This document shows, piece after piece, positions 1 to 12,835 of a DNA stretch of 64,000 nt. Made by a program: the position numbers and the translations under genes. Numbering within the stretch: the stretch's first letter is position 1; every line of letters begins with the position of its first letter. The DNA lies in the NCBI GenBank assembly GCA_030141605.1, contig JAQGDQ010000106.1, positions 554,661-618,660 of the forward strand. Reading direction: 5' to 3'. A model generated the notes under the pieces. The model was not told the DNA's origin and did not search any database. It saw only the letters and a list, made by a program, of their open reading frames with translations. The DNA comes from Tubiluchus corallicola (Eukaryota > Animalia > Priapulida).

Positions 1-590
1 TAAGGGAATATCATCAGTCTTACAATTTTACATGCACGATTATAAGCCATTTTAAACAGCCTGTCTGCTTTGCAAAAGTTCTGTAAATTTAAGAGGCAGG
101 GCGCTCCTAGAAAAAATATAAGTGCTAGTACCTGATAGCCAATAACCTCCTGTGACACATATTGTTGTCTGCTAAATTGCAAATCGGTGAGTGCAGTTGA
201 AGGGAATAACATGAGTTTTATAACTTTAATTTAATAATTACCAGCCGAAACAAATAAAATTATTTGAAGGTGCAAAAGAAGGATAAGTGCAGTATGAATG
301 ACTACTTCCAGATGCTGCATAAGTAGTGGCAGTGTTCTGAGTTAAGTCTGGACTTCAGAGTGGCAGAACTTAAAGTACAAAATTATAAAAACAGCAAAAT
401 CAAAGCTGCATCAATCTGTTAGTCAGAAAACCTAGTTACAGTAGTAGTATAACCTCAATTATCCCAACACTAATTATTCGAACAACAAGTCATAAAAACT
501 TGCATTTGACATAATCTCACTTTATATACAGACAATTTTTATGAACTTCAGAACAGTAAACTTCAGAACTGTGACAGAACCTAACACATA

Positions 591-730
591 CAAACAGACA
601 TCACGTTTGATTCATTATGGAAGCAGTACAATAACAATCAGATAGTTGTGTGGTGTCTCACAAACAGACATCACATCTGATTCACTGTGGAAGCAGTACA
701 ATAACAATCAGCTAGTTGTAAGGTGCCTCA
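591..730. repeat. 70-bp tandem duplication (2 copies)
   Basis: caaacagacatcac...ggaagcagtacaataacaatcag...tctca at 591-660 is repeated with few mismatches at 661-730. Confidence 0.85.
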
Positions 731-1256
731 CAATTATAATCAACTATCCAAATGTACTCGGCTCCTATTATTTAAGACAACAGGAGAAGCCATCACCTGC
801 TAAAAGTTCTTCTAAAAGAAAGATCTGGTCATGATCTGCAGTTACATGGAATTCAGGAGTGTCCATTGAATACAGGTTATCCCACCACTTCATATGTCAG
901 ATAGCTCGTAAATGAACATACACAAGAATTTGAACCCATGCAGGCAGTTGCAGTCCAAGTCGTAAAATGTCAGCACACGGCTATAAATTTTAGCATTTAG
1001 TAATCAATTTTGAGCTTTCACATTTTATATAATATTATAGCCGCAGAGCCATGATTTATAATCACGAGTCTGGGAAACTAGCATTTATCATTAGTAGAAC
1101 ATGTCACTTGTTAGCAAACCAGGTTGTTTAGAAAGCATTTTATAAGTACTGCGACAGCTGAAAATTTCATGTTGACTATACGAAAAATTACGCAGGTAGC
1201 CAAACGGCTTGTCTGAAGCAAATGACTCTTAAGACAGACATGTTTAAATCACTTAC

Positions 1257-1310
1257 CTTCAGACTTTATGGAAGAGGCAGCAAGACGTTTACTCAGTAGA
1301 GGAAATAAAT
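1257..1310 (-). CDS. FoxN2/3: FoxN2/3 coding exon 4
   Basis: ttttttcag|AT TTA TTT CCT...GAA G|gtaagt; encodes [18 protein letters not shown], resembling the conserved FoxN2/3 LFP.L..RL motif. Confidence 0.8.
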
Positions 1311-4300
1311 CTGAAAAAAAACTTAGAATGAAACAAATTGTTGACTAGACCTACATAGTACACTTCAAAGTTGGCACACTTACTACACCATGCAGTTATA
1401 AATTATTTCAATGCATTATTTCTGAATAAGATGCAATAGATTGGTCAAATTTGAATAAAGTTTTGCTCAAGACCTTTACTTTTACGATAGTTTAATTGGA
1501 ACAGTAACTTAAACTCTAATATATGGAAACTATATCTATAAAGGCACAAACATCTAATTGTACAAAAAAAGATTTCCCAATTCTCCATAGGAAATATGTT
1601 AATGAATGAGATAATATTCAACCTACCAGTAAATGAGAAAGTGGTTACTCATTCCAGCATAACAATTATACATTCGTGGTATGACATAAGCTTAATTTTA
1701 AAAAAATTAGATCAGTTTTAGTTTCAGCTCTAAATTTTAACCCAGTTTGCTTAATGTTTTAATCAATCACTAATAATTCAATTACTCAATCAGACAAAAC
1801 TGAGAAAAGCAAAACATAAATTAAAAATTCTAATCAACATTTTATAAGTGTTTGAATGTTGAGATCCAAAAAAACTCTCATTGTTTAAAAATTAACAATA
1901 ATAATCATTAATCTTCTGTTCTGTTACTTTTGTTAGTTTTTGAATACATTACTGTATAAACAGCTTTTCTCAATGTATGCAATTTTTTGGATGAGGTTTA
2001 GCGCCCTTGCATATCAACTTGTGCATATAGTGAATAACTCATGGGTGCCAAAAGAAGAACAGCAAAAGAGTGATTATCAGTCACCAGCTGTTTAGAAAAT
2101 GATGTAAAACCTGCAGGGCAGCATCTAACAAAACAGTTCAGCACACACACTGTGCAAATTTGATTGTTGTTGTGCTTGCAACCAGAATTCACAAAATTAT
2201 AACCAGTAAAGTTAAAAAATACTTGTAAGTAAGATAAGAAATGCAGAATTCTTTCCTTATAATGCAGTATGTAAAAACACAAAAGTCTCTCATTAAAAAA
2301 AAACCTAGTTGACATAAAATATAAAACTCTATTTTACAAAAGTGAAAAATTGAAGATTTGCCACATTAGTTGTTTTAAAAAATAATTACAGAAAAACTAC
2401 CTTCACAAAAATAGAAAAAATGTAAAAAAGCAAGTTGTATTAAACCTGGTCCCAAAATCTTGAGGGTCTTTACATTATTGAAATTGTGCAAATAACATAA
2501 AACACGACACAAAGATTTTCTTGATGTGAACAAACACTGACAATAAAAAAATTATATAATCAACAAAATGTAGTGAGAAGCTTAATAAAATCTGACATTT
2601 TGGTGCAAATTATAAAACAGATGTTTTGATAAACTTTTATTATCATCAAAAATTAAATTAATTTGATGATATCTAGATTTTAAAAGTAATTCAAAGTTTA
2701 CAACTATACAGAAACTTACGGTACGTATATGTGTACCGAAATATAATTTTGCATTAAAATATGCTAATTATTCTTCTGTGTCCTTTCACAAAAATTATTG
2801 GCAGAGTGAAAACACAACAGTTGGTAGAATAAAACAAAATTAAAGTTTGAGTTCTTTGCCTCAATGTGAATGACTGTCACCTATTTTATTGGCCTCACTA
2901 AAGGGACTTTTACTACACTCTTTATCAGTAGAGATTCTCAATTCTTCTGCTTAAGAAGTATTTCAAAAAGAAGTTAACCTCCATAACACTTTTGGGTCAG
3001 CATCATTTTTGACTAAAAACTTCATTGTCAAAAGAATTTTTTGCAGATCATATGTATATATATATATATATCATCTTTATTCACACATGCAATGTTGCAT
3101 TAGGGTACTATTTACACTGGTATATGCATTATGCTGCCTTAGTTCATTCTCTACATTCGTACTCCGATGCAGTCAGTCAAACTTATCCAAACTTTTAAAA
3201 AAAATGTGTAGCAATCAAATCAACTTAAAGACTTTGCAAATACAATCTAAATGAGAAAAAGTTTAAACTTTAACGTTACTCATGCAATAAATTTTTACCT
3301 GGTGGAGGCAAGTTGACATTTTGTCGCTGAGCTTGATAATGACCTTTAGATCCATACGGTAGGCTGAAAATGGACAGAAAAATGCACAACTTTCAAAAAT
3401 AAAAAAATGCAGAACTTTAATATTTTCCATGTTTAACAGGAACTCTGTAAAAATGGCTGACAGCAATAGAGAAGTTTACTAAAGCATATATATTAGTATA
3501 GTACAAATAAAAAGTATCATCATAGATAACTAAATACTTTCTGGTAGATCACTTTGATACATTAATAAGATTATTTTTAACAGTCAAACATGCGCTGTTC
3601 ATGAAAAGTTTGGTGCTTTATTGCTTACTCCACTGACTTAAGAGAACTAACTACTAGGAATAACTGTTCTTAAAAATGTGTTAATTATCTAATTATCACA
3701 TACTCATCTGGGGAAGACTGGTTGTTGCTAGCACGCAGAGCATGTAACTGATGATATGGATGGTATGGTGTTTTTCTCAGTGCTTGCAAAAGATTTGGCC
3801 GAAATTGTGGATCAACCATCCATAAAGATCCTTTACCAATATTCTGAAACAACAAACACGAGACTAATAAAGCACACGAATAAGTTATTAAATTCAGTGC
3901 CCAGGTTCAGGAAACATTAAACTTTTTCAGACTCTTAAACAAAACCTTGGTTATTATTTGTAAGATGATGTATGCAAGCAGTCTTCTCAGATGCTGCCAA
4001 GAATGAGTCATAATATTGTAGGGTCTACTGAGTAGTGAGTATTAACACCACACTATCCTCATTCCTTAACCTATGAAACTGACGAACTCGCCTTCTCTGC
4101 AACACCTACTGTCATTACCATCATAATTATTATCATCATTGACATCATGATTATCGCAGTCATCACAACAATAAACAATGTTATCTAACGTATTTCCTGT
4201 GTCTTTCATTATAAGAAATTGGGTATTTAAATAACTCTAAAACTGAAATGACACTTTAGAACTATAACAACATTCAAACATTAGCTATATCGTTGAAATT

Positions 4301-7300
4301 AGGTATAACAGTAGTCATGATTATATACCAAATTAGCCAAGTTGGTATTACCATACCATATAATATTATTTTTATTAATTTACATGTTAAGCTAAAAACT
4401 TTTTTAGGATGCCATCTGGCACCATGCGATTATGAAAGATATTTTTGTGTTAAATGTCGCAAGCTATATGAAATAAATGTGCTATTTAAACGAATTCATA
4501 TGTAAAAATGATTCAAATGAACAAAGTATCATCGAGCTAAGATTTGTCACAGCTTTATTCATACACATACAAAGTAGATAAATTTGCATTTACATGCATA
4601 TTTAATAACAAACATAATCAATAATCCAAAAATATAAATTATTATGTAATAAGGGAAAAAAACTTAAACAGTTATCTAACACGTATTAGGTTAATAATAC
4701 GTGCTAGTCAGTAAATTTAATTCTCAGTGCGAAATTGACAAAAATAAACTGGTTGTATGACAATATTAAAAAAAGATACTCAATACTTTAAAAAGTATAG
4801 ATAAGATGCATCTGTAACACATTGCCATAGTGTGGTCACTGTTGACACTGTACAGCCTGGTTGATGTTACTACCTCAACCTTTTTATAACACTCATTTGG
4901 TAAAGTATGCAAATGAAAAACAACTATGCCTACATCTTATTGATTTTATTAAAAATCAGTTACTTACACATACAAATAATCTAAACAGCATACATTTTTC
5001 CTTAATTGTATTTGAAACCCCGGAATATAAAAGAATTCAATTTGATAATTTTAAAACTGTAAAACACAAGACTGCATTACATTTGTGTATGAAAGTGGTT
5101 TATCACATCCTAAATTGAATATAGAATAAATTTAAACTTAAGTGTCAGTTAATATCTGATTGCACTAATCAACATGTTTATGGTTCTACAAATTATTAAC
5201 CAGTACTGCTAATAAAAATAAAGACAAAACTGCTAACTTATAGCTTGAAACTGAAGTGATGCTCACATTTTGTTACTAATTTATTCCGCCTTAAATTTTT
5301 GTTGCAGTACTTATAAGGAGGGGTGGACAGTCAGAGGTAACGGCAACCAAAGTTAAGTTGTGCAGGGCTAGCGGTGAACATCTAACGACCACATTCATTC
5401 TCTACCTGCTCTGGGCGGCCTTTGTCACAATACGAATTCTGACTATTTACTTTGTTAACTTGACGGGGGATGTATATGCATCTGCATGTATCGAACAAAA
5501 AGCAAGCATTTGTTGAAAGAATGCTAGGTCACAGCTAGGATTCAGGTTCAAACCAATGGTATGTTGGACCATTGCAGTGATTAAAAATCATATCTGAACT
5601 AGCATTTCAGCTGACCAAAAACTTATGAAATTGAAAATGTGACAAACCTTTGTTGCCTAATTAAAACAGCTTAAGCCTTATTGCCATTACATGCTCCCGA
5701 CTTCTGTTCTCACAGCTCCCTAAAGCTGCCATAGTTGCCACAGCCCCCTTAATCAAAACAAATTATAAAACTAAAAGGAAAGCAGAGTAGCTGAAAGGCT
5801 AGTTAAAATTTGATACTCTATTACCCAATCCCTTCTTTGATAAAATAATGGCAGATAAAGAGTTCATGTTTTAATTTGTTGTGATTTGAATGCAAAATTA
5901 TCCCTTTTACTCTCTCCCAAAAATCTGCAAATGTGGTAACAAGCTGAATAAAAGGCTTTTTAGGTGCCAATGACGAACTGTAGCTTACTAACAAAATAAG
6001 AAAAGAACTGTAAAATGTTGAGTATGTCGGTAATAGTATAATCACATTTTAAAAATAATTGAAAACCTGCACATGTTCTGAAAACTCAAATATAGATGGA
6101 ACAGCATCTAGCCGAAGTCTTGTACTTTGCCCAGTTCTGTCAAAACATTTTTCTTCAAAATGGCAACTGCAGACTCTTGCATGAGGTCCTGGTCGCCACA
6201 ACTTCCCAGATGCATCACTTCTATGAACTGCTACAACCCACTTCATCATTTTTGCTTTATCTTTAGGGAAACTACATAGAAGATACATATTGTTATTACT
6301 TTTGCCTTTATTGAAATAGACCAATAATTTATAATTAAGGAAATTTATAGTCCTGTTGCTTAGCAGAGCAGTCTAATTTCAACATTGGATTGCACAAAGT
6401 TTCAAGCCCAAACATGGTACAGCAGGCACGAAACGTTTGATTGATACCAAAGTAATATAATTCCAGATTAAGCACTGCAGACCTAATCATAAATGAAGAC
6501 AGCATTAGAACGCCAAATGGATTGCATAGGTTAAACATCAGCAGGAGAAACAATACAGTTTTTAAAAACGTGTCAAGATAGTAAAATGTGAGTCACACAT
6601 GCTCAAACGTTGCTTTTGTTGCTCTTCTTTTTGTCATGACCTTCAAAGCAATTCTACACTATACACAACATAATAACATAATTAGTAAATGATTACCGTA
6701 TTTTCCCATGTATAACAGACCCTTGTGTATAAGAGACCCCTTCAATTTTTAGGCAAAAATTCTGGAAAAAAGTTTTTTGGTAATGAATAACTTTATTCAT
6801 CATAGAAATCATTAAATTCCTCATCACTCTCATCAAAAATATCAACTGGAGTCAGACCTTCAGCAATTCCAGCCAGTTCATCATCAGAGGAGTCACTCTG
6901 CTCAAAAATGGCATTGTCCTCTGTGCCGTCCATGGCATTGGAGATGCCACACTTCTTGAAAGATTTAATAATGACCTCTGGCTTTACACCATTCCATGCC
7001 TTGAGGACCCAGCTGCACAATTAGTGTCACAATTTATGCATCTTATTGAAAAGACTTACTCCCATGTATAAGAGACCCCCTATTTTTAAAGTGAAAATTC
7101 TGAGCAAAAAAGGGTCTCTTATACATGGGAAAATACGGTATATAACAAAGTACAACAAATTGCAATGCCAAAATTTTAAAGAAAACCTCAGTCTGAGGAA
7201 AACATCTCATGTTACATCATCCACACAGTGCCCACACTGGCACACAATTTCATGCCTCTCATTAATAAGAACTGATTTCACAAATTTCTGTTCTAGTACA

Positions 7301-7709
7301 CAGGACTACACTTACAAACATGAGGTTTGGAATTGTAAAGTATAATTAGTTAACTCTGTAAACAGAAATGAGCACGATGAGTCCTAAACAGTACCATATG
7401 CAGATAGAGCTTAGAATGTAAATGTTACTATGTACTACATGTAGTAATGCAAATGCACTTACCGATGGAATGTAATACCACCTTCCTTGGCTTTAACGCC
7501 GCTTTTACTCGTGCAATTGATTGCACAACAGAACATAACCATCTTTCTTAAATTTAATCACACAGGCAAGTTAAAGAAACAGACGAAGTACGCAACTCTT
7601 ACAGTTCGACATAGCGGTTTCCCAGTCCCCACCACAACATGGCGCCGTGAAAATTCGTCAGCGGTGGCGCTGTGAACCACAGAGGGTTGTAGTACCTTTA
7701 TGTTACGCA

Positions 7710-7775
<66 letters not shown>

Positions 7776-10700
7776 CTCTACAGAGCGTCTAGTTGTTGGT
7801 ATCAGAAATATATCGGTTTTATGCTTAGCGCGAGGACGAAAATATCTCTTTTGCTGATAGTTGTGTGATAATTATTAGTTTTTCCATTGTTTTAATTTTA
7901 CTTTTTGCTGGATTACTGCTGTGTTTATCTGTCTTGAAGGCAGATTTCTTTATTTTACAGACATAATGGGTATGTGATGATGATAACGATGACTCCTGTG
8001 CAGTATGGAACAGCAAATGTTCAGTGATATCCGTCACGTGCAAAATATGCGGTAATACAAACCATTTTTATTTTTTTATCAATTTCAACTTGAAGGACTT
8101 TAATCAAAACATTGTCGCGCATTCTTCACATTTTGAAGCAACAAGTCCTCCACCCACGCGTATTTCAACATAGTTGCCAACAATGTGAAAACACCATAGG
8201 TATACACATTAGACTGAAATGTGATGTGATGAGTGACCTGATGAGGCTGTTATGGAAATTGAACAACTAGTAGCATTTCTTTGTTAATCAAAAATCAATA
8301 ACACCTCCTATATGCTTTTCCTTCTTAGAGTGCCTTTAATGTAGCTTAGATATCTCTATTTTAGCCCTTCCTTCATTATCCCCCTCGGCATAATTGCTTA
8401 CTTCAATTTTTTTTACTTCTGACACTGCAATTATGAACAAAACGTTATCGTATGTCATCAACAATTTATAAGGCAAAAGCATGCCTTCAGTCAGAAGTCT
8501 CAGAACTGCATTTCATTCACAGATCTCCTTTATCTCGACATGCCTCACATTTCTCCCATCAAGAGAGTTCACTTGATTCCTGCTCGTTTTCAATAATTTT
8601 TCAGCACCAGCGTGGACGCTTAAATGATTTGCGCAAATCAGCTAGCATCTTGGATTACCATGGTAACGGAAGCTGGGAAAAACTCGTAGTGATTCCCAAT
8701 TGATGCGGTTTCTATACATTATTTAGCGGCATAAGTAGTGGTAAAATAATATCGCTTATTAGTAGCGACAAATTAGAGACCTACTGCGCTGGAGCAACTC
8801 GGTCTAAACAGTCTGCGTGAAGTATTTGAAAAACAAATCATAATAGATTTTGCTAGAGGAAAAGAGCCATAGTACGGCTGCAGGCAGGCACCTGGAAATA
8901 TGCAGCCTGCGTCATTGTTTAATAAAAGAAAATGAAACGATACGTAAATAATCATTAAACACAGACTAATCACGATAAAATCATTTTACATTGGGTAACA
9001 AGTGCCAGAACCAACTTTATCTTGAGAGAATTTTCGCTTTTTAACATAAAGTAACGTGACGTAGCATGATACAGCATAACATAGCACAGCTACACAGCTA
9101 GCACAGATAAACATAACATAAATTAGCATAACATTACATGACCTGTCGTATCAGGCCTTACCTTAATGTAACAATGTAACGTAACATAAAATAACACACA
9201 TAATGCGACATCTACCATTGTGTTCATGAACTGTAATATGGCGTAACAGGACTCAATTGATACAGTTTATATCTGTAGTATAATTTTTCTATAAACTTCT
9301 AATATAGAAGTTCTTAAATTAAGTTTCTGGTTTTTGAGATGAAATGGGCAAGCAAATGTGTGCTAACATACATTTTATATCTTAATAATATAAAAAAACT
9401 TAAAGAGCAATTCTATGGAACAGCTGCTGCTGGATTTGTGGCGAAAACCGAACAAATTCTGGCAGCATCAATTCCGGCAGCCTGACCGTTTAATCTTGGT
9501 CTCTATGGTTACCAAAAGAAGCCGAGCTAGCGTGTGCACAGCCAAATAGGGAGTCGGCATCATGGTTACTATGGTAACTAATAAACGGGAATGCTGGAAT
9601 GAAGTCGTCCCGACAATTGCCTGATGATGTTAGCAAGTATAAATATCATTTGTTGGCACTTCGGTATATTAAAGTGAAGCCTAATCAATAGAAGAGCGCT
9701 CCTTACTTTGATTGCGCTAATATGGGAAATCTTTTCTTAGAAGCATTTACGTGCGACATCAAAGTGAAACAGTAGTGCTGGAAATATATATTTTAAATTC
9801 ACGCAAGTATTAACAATATTCTATGAACATAGGTTACGAACCTGCGATGTTAATTAGCGAATATAACGCATAAATTATGTAACCGGTTATAAATTCTGCC
9901 TGATATAACAATAAATCAGTTCTGCAACTCATAGGCCATACCAGTTCTGTTGCAAAAATAATACACTATCATCACATAATTTACGAAAAGGCTAAAACTA
10001 AGTTGGAATTTGGAAGCTGGGTTCAATTAAGAGAGAGGCAATGCCATTTATTTCCGGCTACACAAATGAACTAATGCATGATACTAATGAGTTGTTGATC
10101 CTTAGACATAGGGCTTGCGTGTCAATAGGTCACATTCAGAATCAGTCAACAAGAGTCTTCAGCTTGAATGAGGTCTCAAAACAGATTATTTATTTCAGAA
10201 GTTTTCAACATAAAACGGGCCTCATCAGCCGAAGAGACTTGCGCTAACTTGAAAGTGAGGGAAGGAGTTTCACGACAGCATTTTGTTCATTTTCCAAGTT
10301 AGGACAAAATCCATACTATGATTTTTGTAGACCTGCTAGACCACATGAGTCACAAGGTACAGCTAGTGAGCAGTGACAGCACAAAACAGTCGTGGAAAAA
10401 ACGGTATTTCAGAGACTAAAATCGTTATATTACTCTAAATGAACTGTTTTTACTATCTGTCACACATTCTAGAACTTTTGAAAATACATATATATGTTCA
10501 AAAGTGTTGCAGTTTTCAAACAGGTCTAAATAAATGTTCATGGCTAATTTGTTTTCCAATGCCACTTGCCAGCAGTTATTCTGAGCACTCCCTGCCATCA
10601 TTATATAAGTTTATCAATCTATATAAATTAGGTCTCATAAGGATTTTTCCCACATGCCACTATTAAAATAACAAGCTGACTGACTGTGTCAGCTCGGCAA

Positions 10701-12081
10701 CCATATGGCCAGATTGATTTCCAACAAAGCCTAAAAACTATTGCACTGTGCGAACTATGAAAACCATAACTGCAATGAAAGTTCTCTAGCTTGAATAAAA
10801 TATTAAGCTAGCACAGCGACCGTACACCTGACCTGTAAGATTCTCTTTGTCACGTTTCTCAACTGGGCATGCTTGGAATCCTGTAAGCCTTCTAAAACAA
10901 CTTATAATCTTTGACTAGTGAGTGAGTAACGAAAAGAAATGGGCAAAAGCAATCACTCACCTTTCTTAATGGGGGGTCACTAATAAGCACTTAGGCTAAC
11001 TCTGCCGTTCCTAATAAATTACAAGGTGCCATATTATCCCATATATATATGATTATCCTGTGATTTGTAATGACGTGCAATATATATATATATGCACCAA
11101 TAAAAGCTTTAATGTGTGTATAATGCTAGAGTGTGTAAAAAATTCTAAATTTAGTTTAGGGTTCACATATATAAATTCAAGTACCCCTTTGTTATGAAAA
11201 GAATGAAATTTAATTCTATGAGCTTGGTGGATAGCACTGAAACAACACTTTAGGACGGATGAAAGCTTTCAATGAATGAATTATATGGATTAGTCGTCTG
11301 TATCTTTAGGATGGACATGAAAATTAAAACATAGTTGCATTAGATTTCTGGTCACTGTTTACTTTAGTAAATCCATACTTACATGCCCTTTATCTTTTTC
11401 TACTTTTTTGAAGCACTTATTTAGAGAGAGGTTGTGTCGCACCGAGTTCTTCCATCCCGTTGGAGCATTGATGAAATAAGGAAAATGTGACACAATCCAA
11501 GTATAAATGTCCTTTACAGGTAGCCTGCGAACGGGCGACTCTTCGATTGCCATGAATATTAAACAACTGAATGAATATGGTGGCTTATTGTGTGCATGGA
11601 GCCTTGGATGATATGGCACATTGTGCGGATGAATCCCCAAACTCATCTGCAGATTTTCAAAGTCTTCATCGTCGCCATCCAAACTACAGCCGTCACTGCC
11701 ACATGTCGAACCTGTGATGTTCTTCAACAGATTACTATCTTGTAACCAGGTTAGGCTGGTTAACTCATCATCTTCAAAATTGTTCACGCAAAAATCGGGT
11801 GCCAATGGCAGACCATTGGTAATCACAAGGTCATGTGCATCGGTAAGACTAATGTTACTATCGCTATCAACACTATTGCTATTACTTCCCTCGTCCAAAT
11901 CCATCACTAGGTGACCCTGGAAGAGACCATCATCCGGATCTGGAGCAGATTCCTGTTTTGTAGCTGGCATCACCTTGTCTGAAGATGCCACCATGTAAGT
12001 AACATTAGTCGGGATGACATTTAAATTCTTCTGCATCAAAGGTGGTGGTGACAAGAGGACAGCGGTATTCTGCTGTGACAT
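1257..12081 (-). CDS. FoxN2/3: Forkhead box N2/3 (CHES-1-like) transcription factor, multi-exon, 3' end not found in window
   Basis: Exons 12081-11383 ([10 protein letters not shown] motif; forkhead [15 protein letters not shown]...[18 protein letters not shown]), 3843-3704 ([29 protein letters not shown]), 3363-3299 and 1310-1257 ([12 protein letters not shown]). All introns are GT-AG and the phases 0, 2, 1 join in frame. Confidence 0.93.
3299..3363 (-). CDS. FoxN2/3: FoxN2/3 coding exon 3
   Basis: ttttcag|C CTA CCG TAT...CCA CCA G|gtaaaa. This 65-nt exon bridges phase 2 to phase 1, exactly as needed to keep the frame between its neighbours. Confidence 0.7.
3704..3843 (-). CDS. FoxN2/3: FoxN2/3 coding exon 2 (C-terminal part of forkhead domain)
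   Basis: tttcag|AAT ATT GGT AAA GGA TCT TTA TGG...GA|gtatgt; GKGSLW motif continues the forkhead from 11383. Confidence 0.92.
6067..7542 (-). CDS. THAP zinc-finger domain cassette (2 exons, ~95 aa), nested in FoxN2/3 intron on the same strand
   Basis: Exon A 7542-7463 [26 protein letters not shown](CG|gtaagt); exon B 6271-6067 (tgtag|T)[17 protein letters not shown]...[19 protein letters not shown]...[17 protein letters not shown]|gtttt. Complete C2CH signature, conserved P/W/F and AVPxIF box. Confidence 0.88.
6696..7138 (-). mobile_element. Non-autonomous pogo/Tigger-type DNA transposon with a DDE C-terminal remnant
   Basis: 27-bp TIRs CCGTATTTTCCCATGTATAA(C/G)AGACCC, TA on both sides; internal ORF 6793-7020 [32 protein letters not shown] is typical of pogo transposase C-termini. 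Confidence 0.9.
7712..7770. repeat. (TA)n microsatellite
   Basis: About 29-30 uninterrupted TA units. Confidence 0.97.
11383..12081 (-). CDS. FoxN2/3: FoxN2/3 first coding exon (N-terminus plus forkhead helices 1-3)
   Basis: ORF 12081-11359; donor CAT|gtaagt at 11383; acceptor ttgccag| at 12149 means a non-coding exon lies further upstream. Confidence 0.95.
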
Positions 12082-12822
12082 TATGGTTATCTATACTTTA
12101 CTGCCGCTGATGCTGCTGCATGGCTGCCATGGTAACAATTTCCCATTACCTGGCAACAGAAAATAATATAGCACAATAAGCTGGTTAATTATTCCAAATT
12201 ATCCATACACACACCAACCACGCAAGATCTGCTCAAATTAGGACAACACAAAGCACGAAAAGTGAAATGAATATGGGAGTCTAAGATTCGGAGGCTGGGA
12301 CAATTAATTAACGTGGTTGAGTGCCAAGACATAGCGTGAACTGCGTAGTGAAACAGATCAATGCAAAGGAAGTAATGTAATACATGGAATTCGATGCTGT
12401 CATAAATAGGTTATAGATAATCAATAGGTATATGTGTTAGACAAACACACGTGATCTAACCCTAACACACAAACTCAAAAGAATATAGCGTTCAGAAAGA
12501 TCAATTCTTGAAAATAAAAATAATCAACTTAAATTCCTTGTCAAAAACTCCTTAACTACTCAAAACTAACCTGACATACTTTGTCGATCTTTCTTACAAT
12601 TCATCATAAAAATTCCTCTCAATTCTTGTTGTTGCGAGCAGCCAAAAATGAACCATTAGCTTCTGCAATGTTGATTTAACTCAATGAAGCGCCAACTTCT
12701 GACCATAAGTGGCTCAGAGTCATCCAAACAAAAATGCACTAACTCAGCTCTTGCGCTATATATTACAACCAAATTAAATGCCAGAAAATGCGACAGCGTG
12801 AACACCGAATCAAAAGAAATAG

Positions 12823-12835
12823 AGGTCAAAGGTCA
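12823..12835 (+). promoter_or_regulatory. Perfect DR1 nuclear-receptor element (AGGTCA-A-AGGTCA)
   Basis: Exact consensus ~0.7 kb upstream of the FoxN2/3 first coding exon; function untested. Confidence 0.4.

Noticed and set aside
4800-6045. Remnants of a THAP9/P-element transposase (e.g. a DVGIVV-like peptide near 4930) and a possible 57-nt exon at 5747-5691
   Set aside because: The matches are too short and interrupted to support by eye; a tBLASTn/HMM search is needed.
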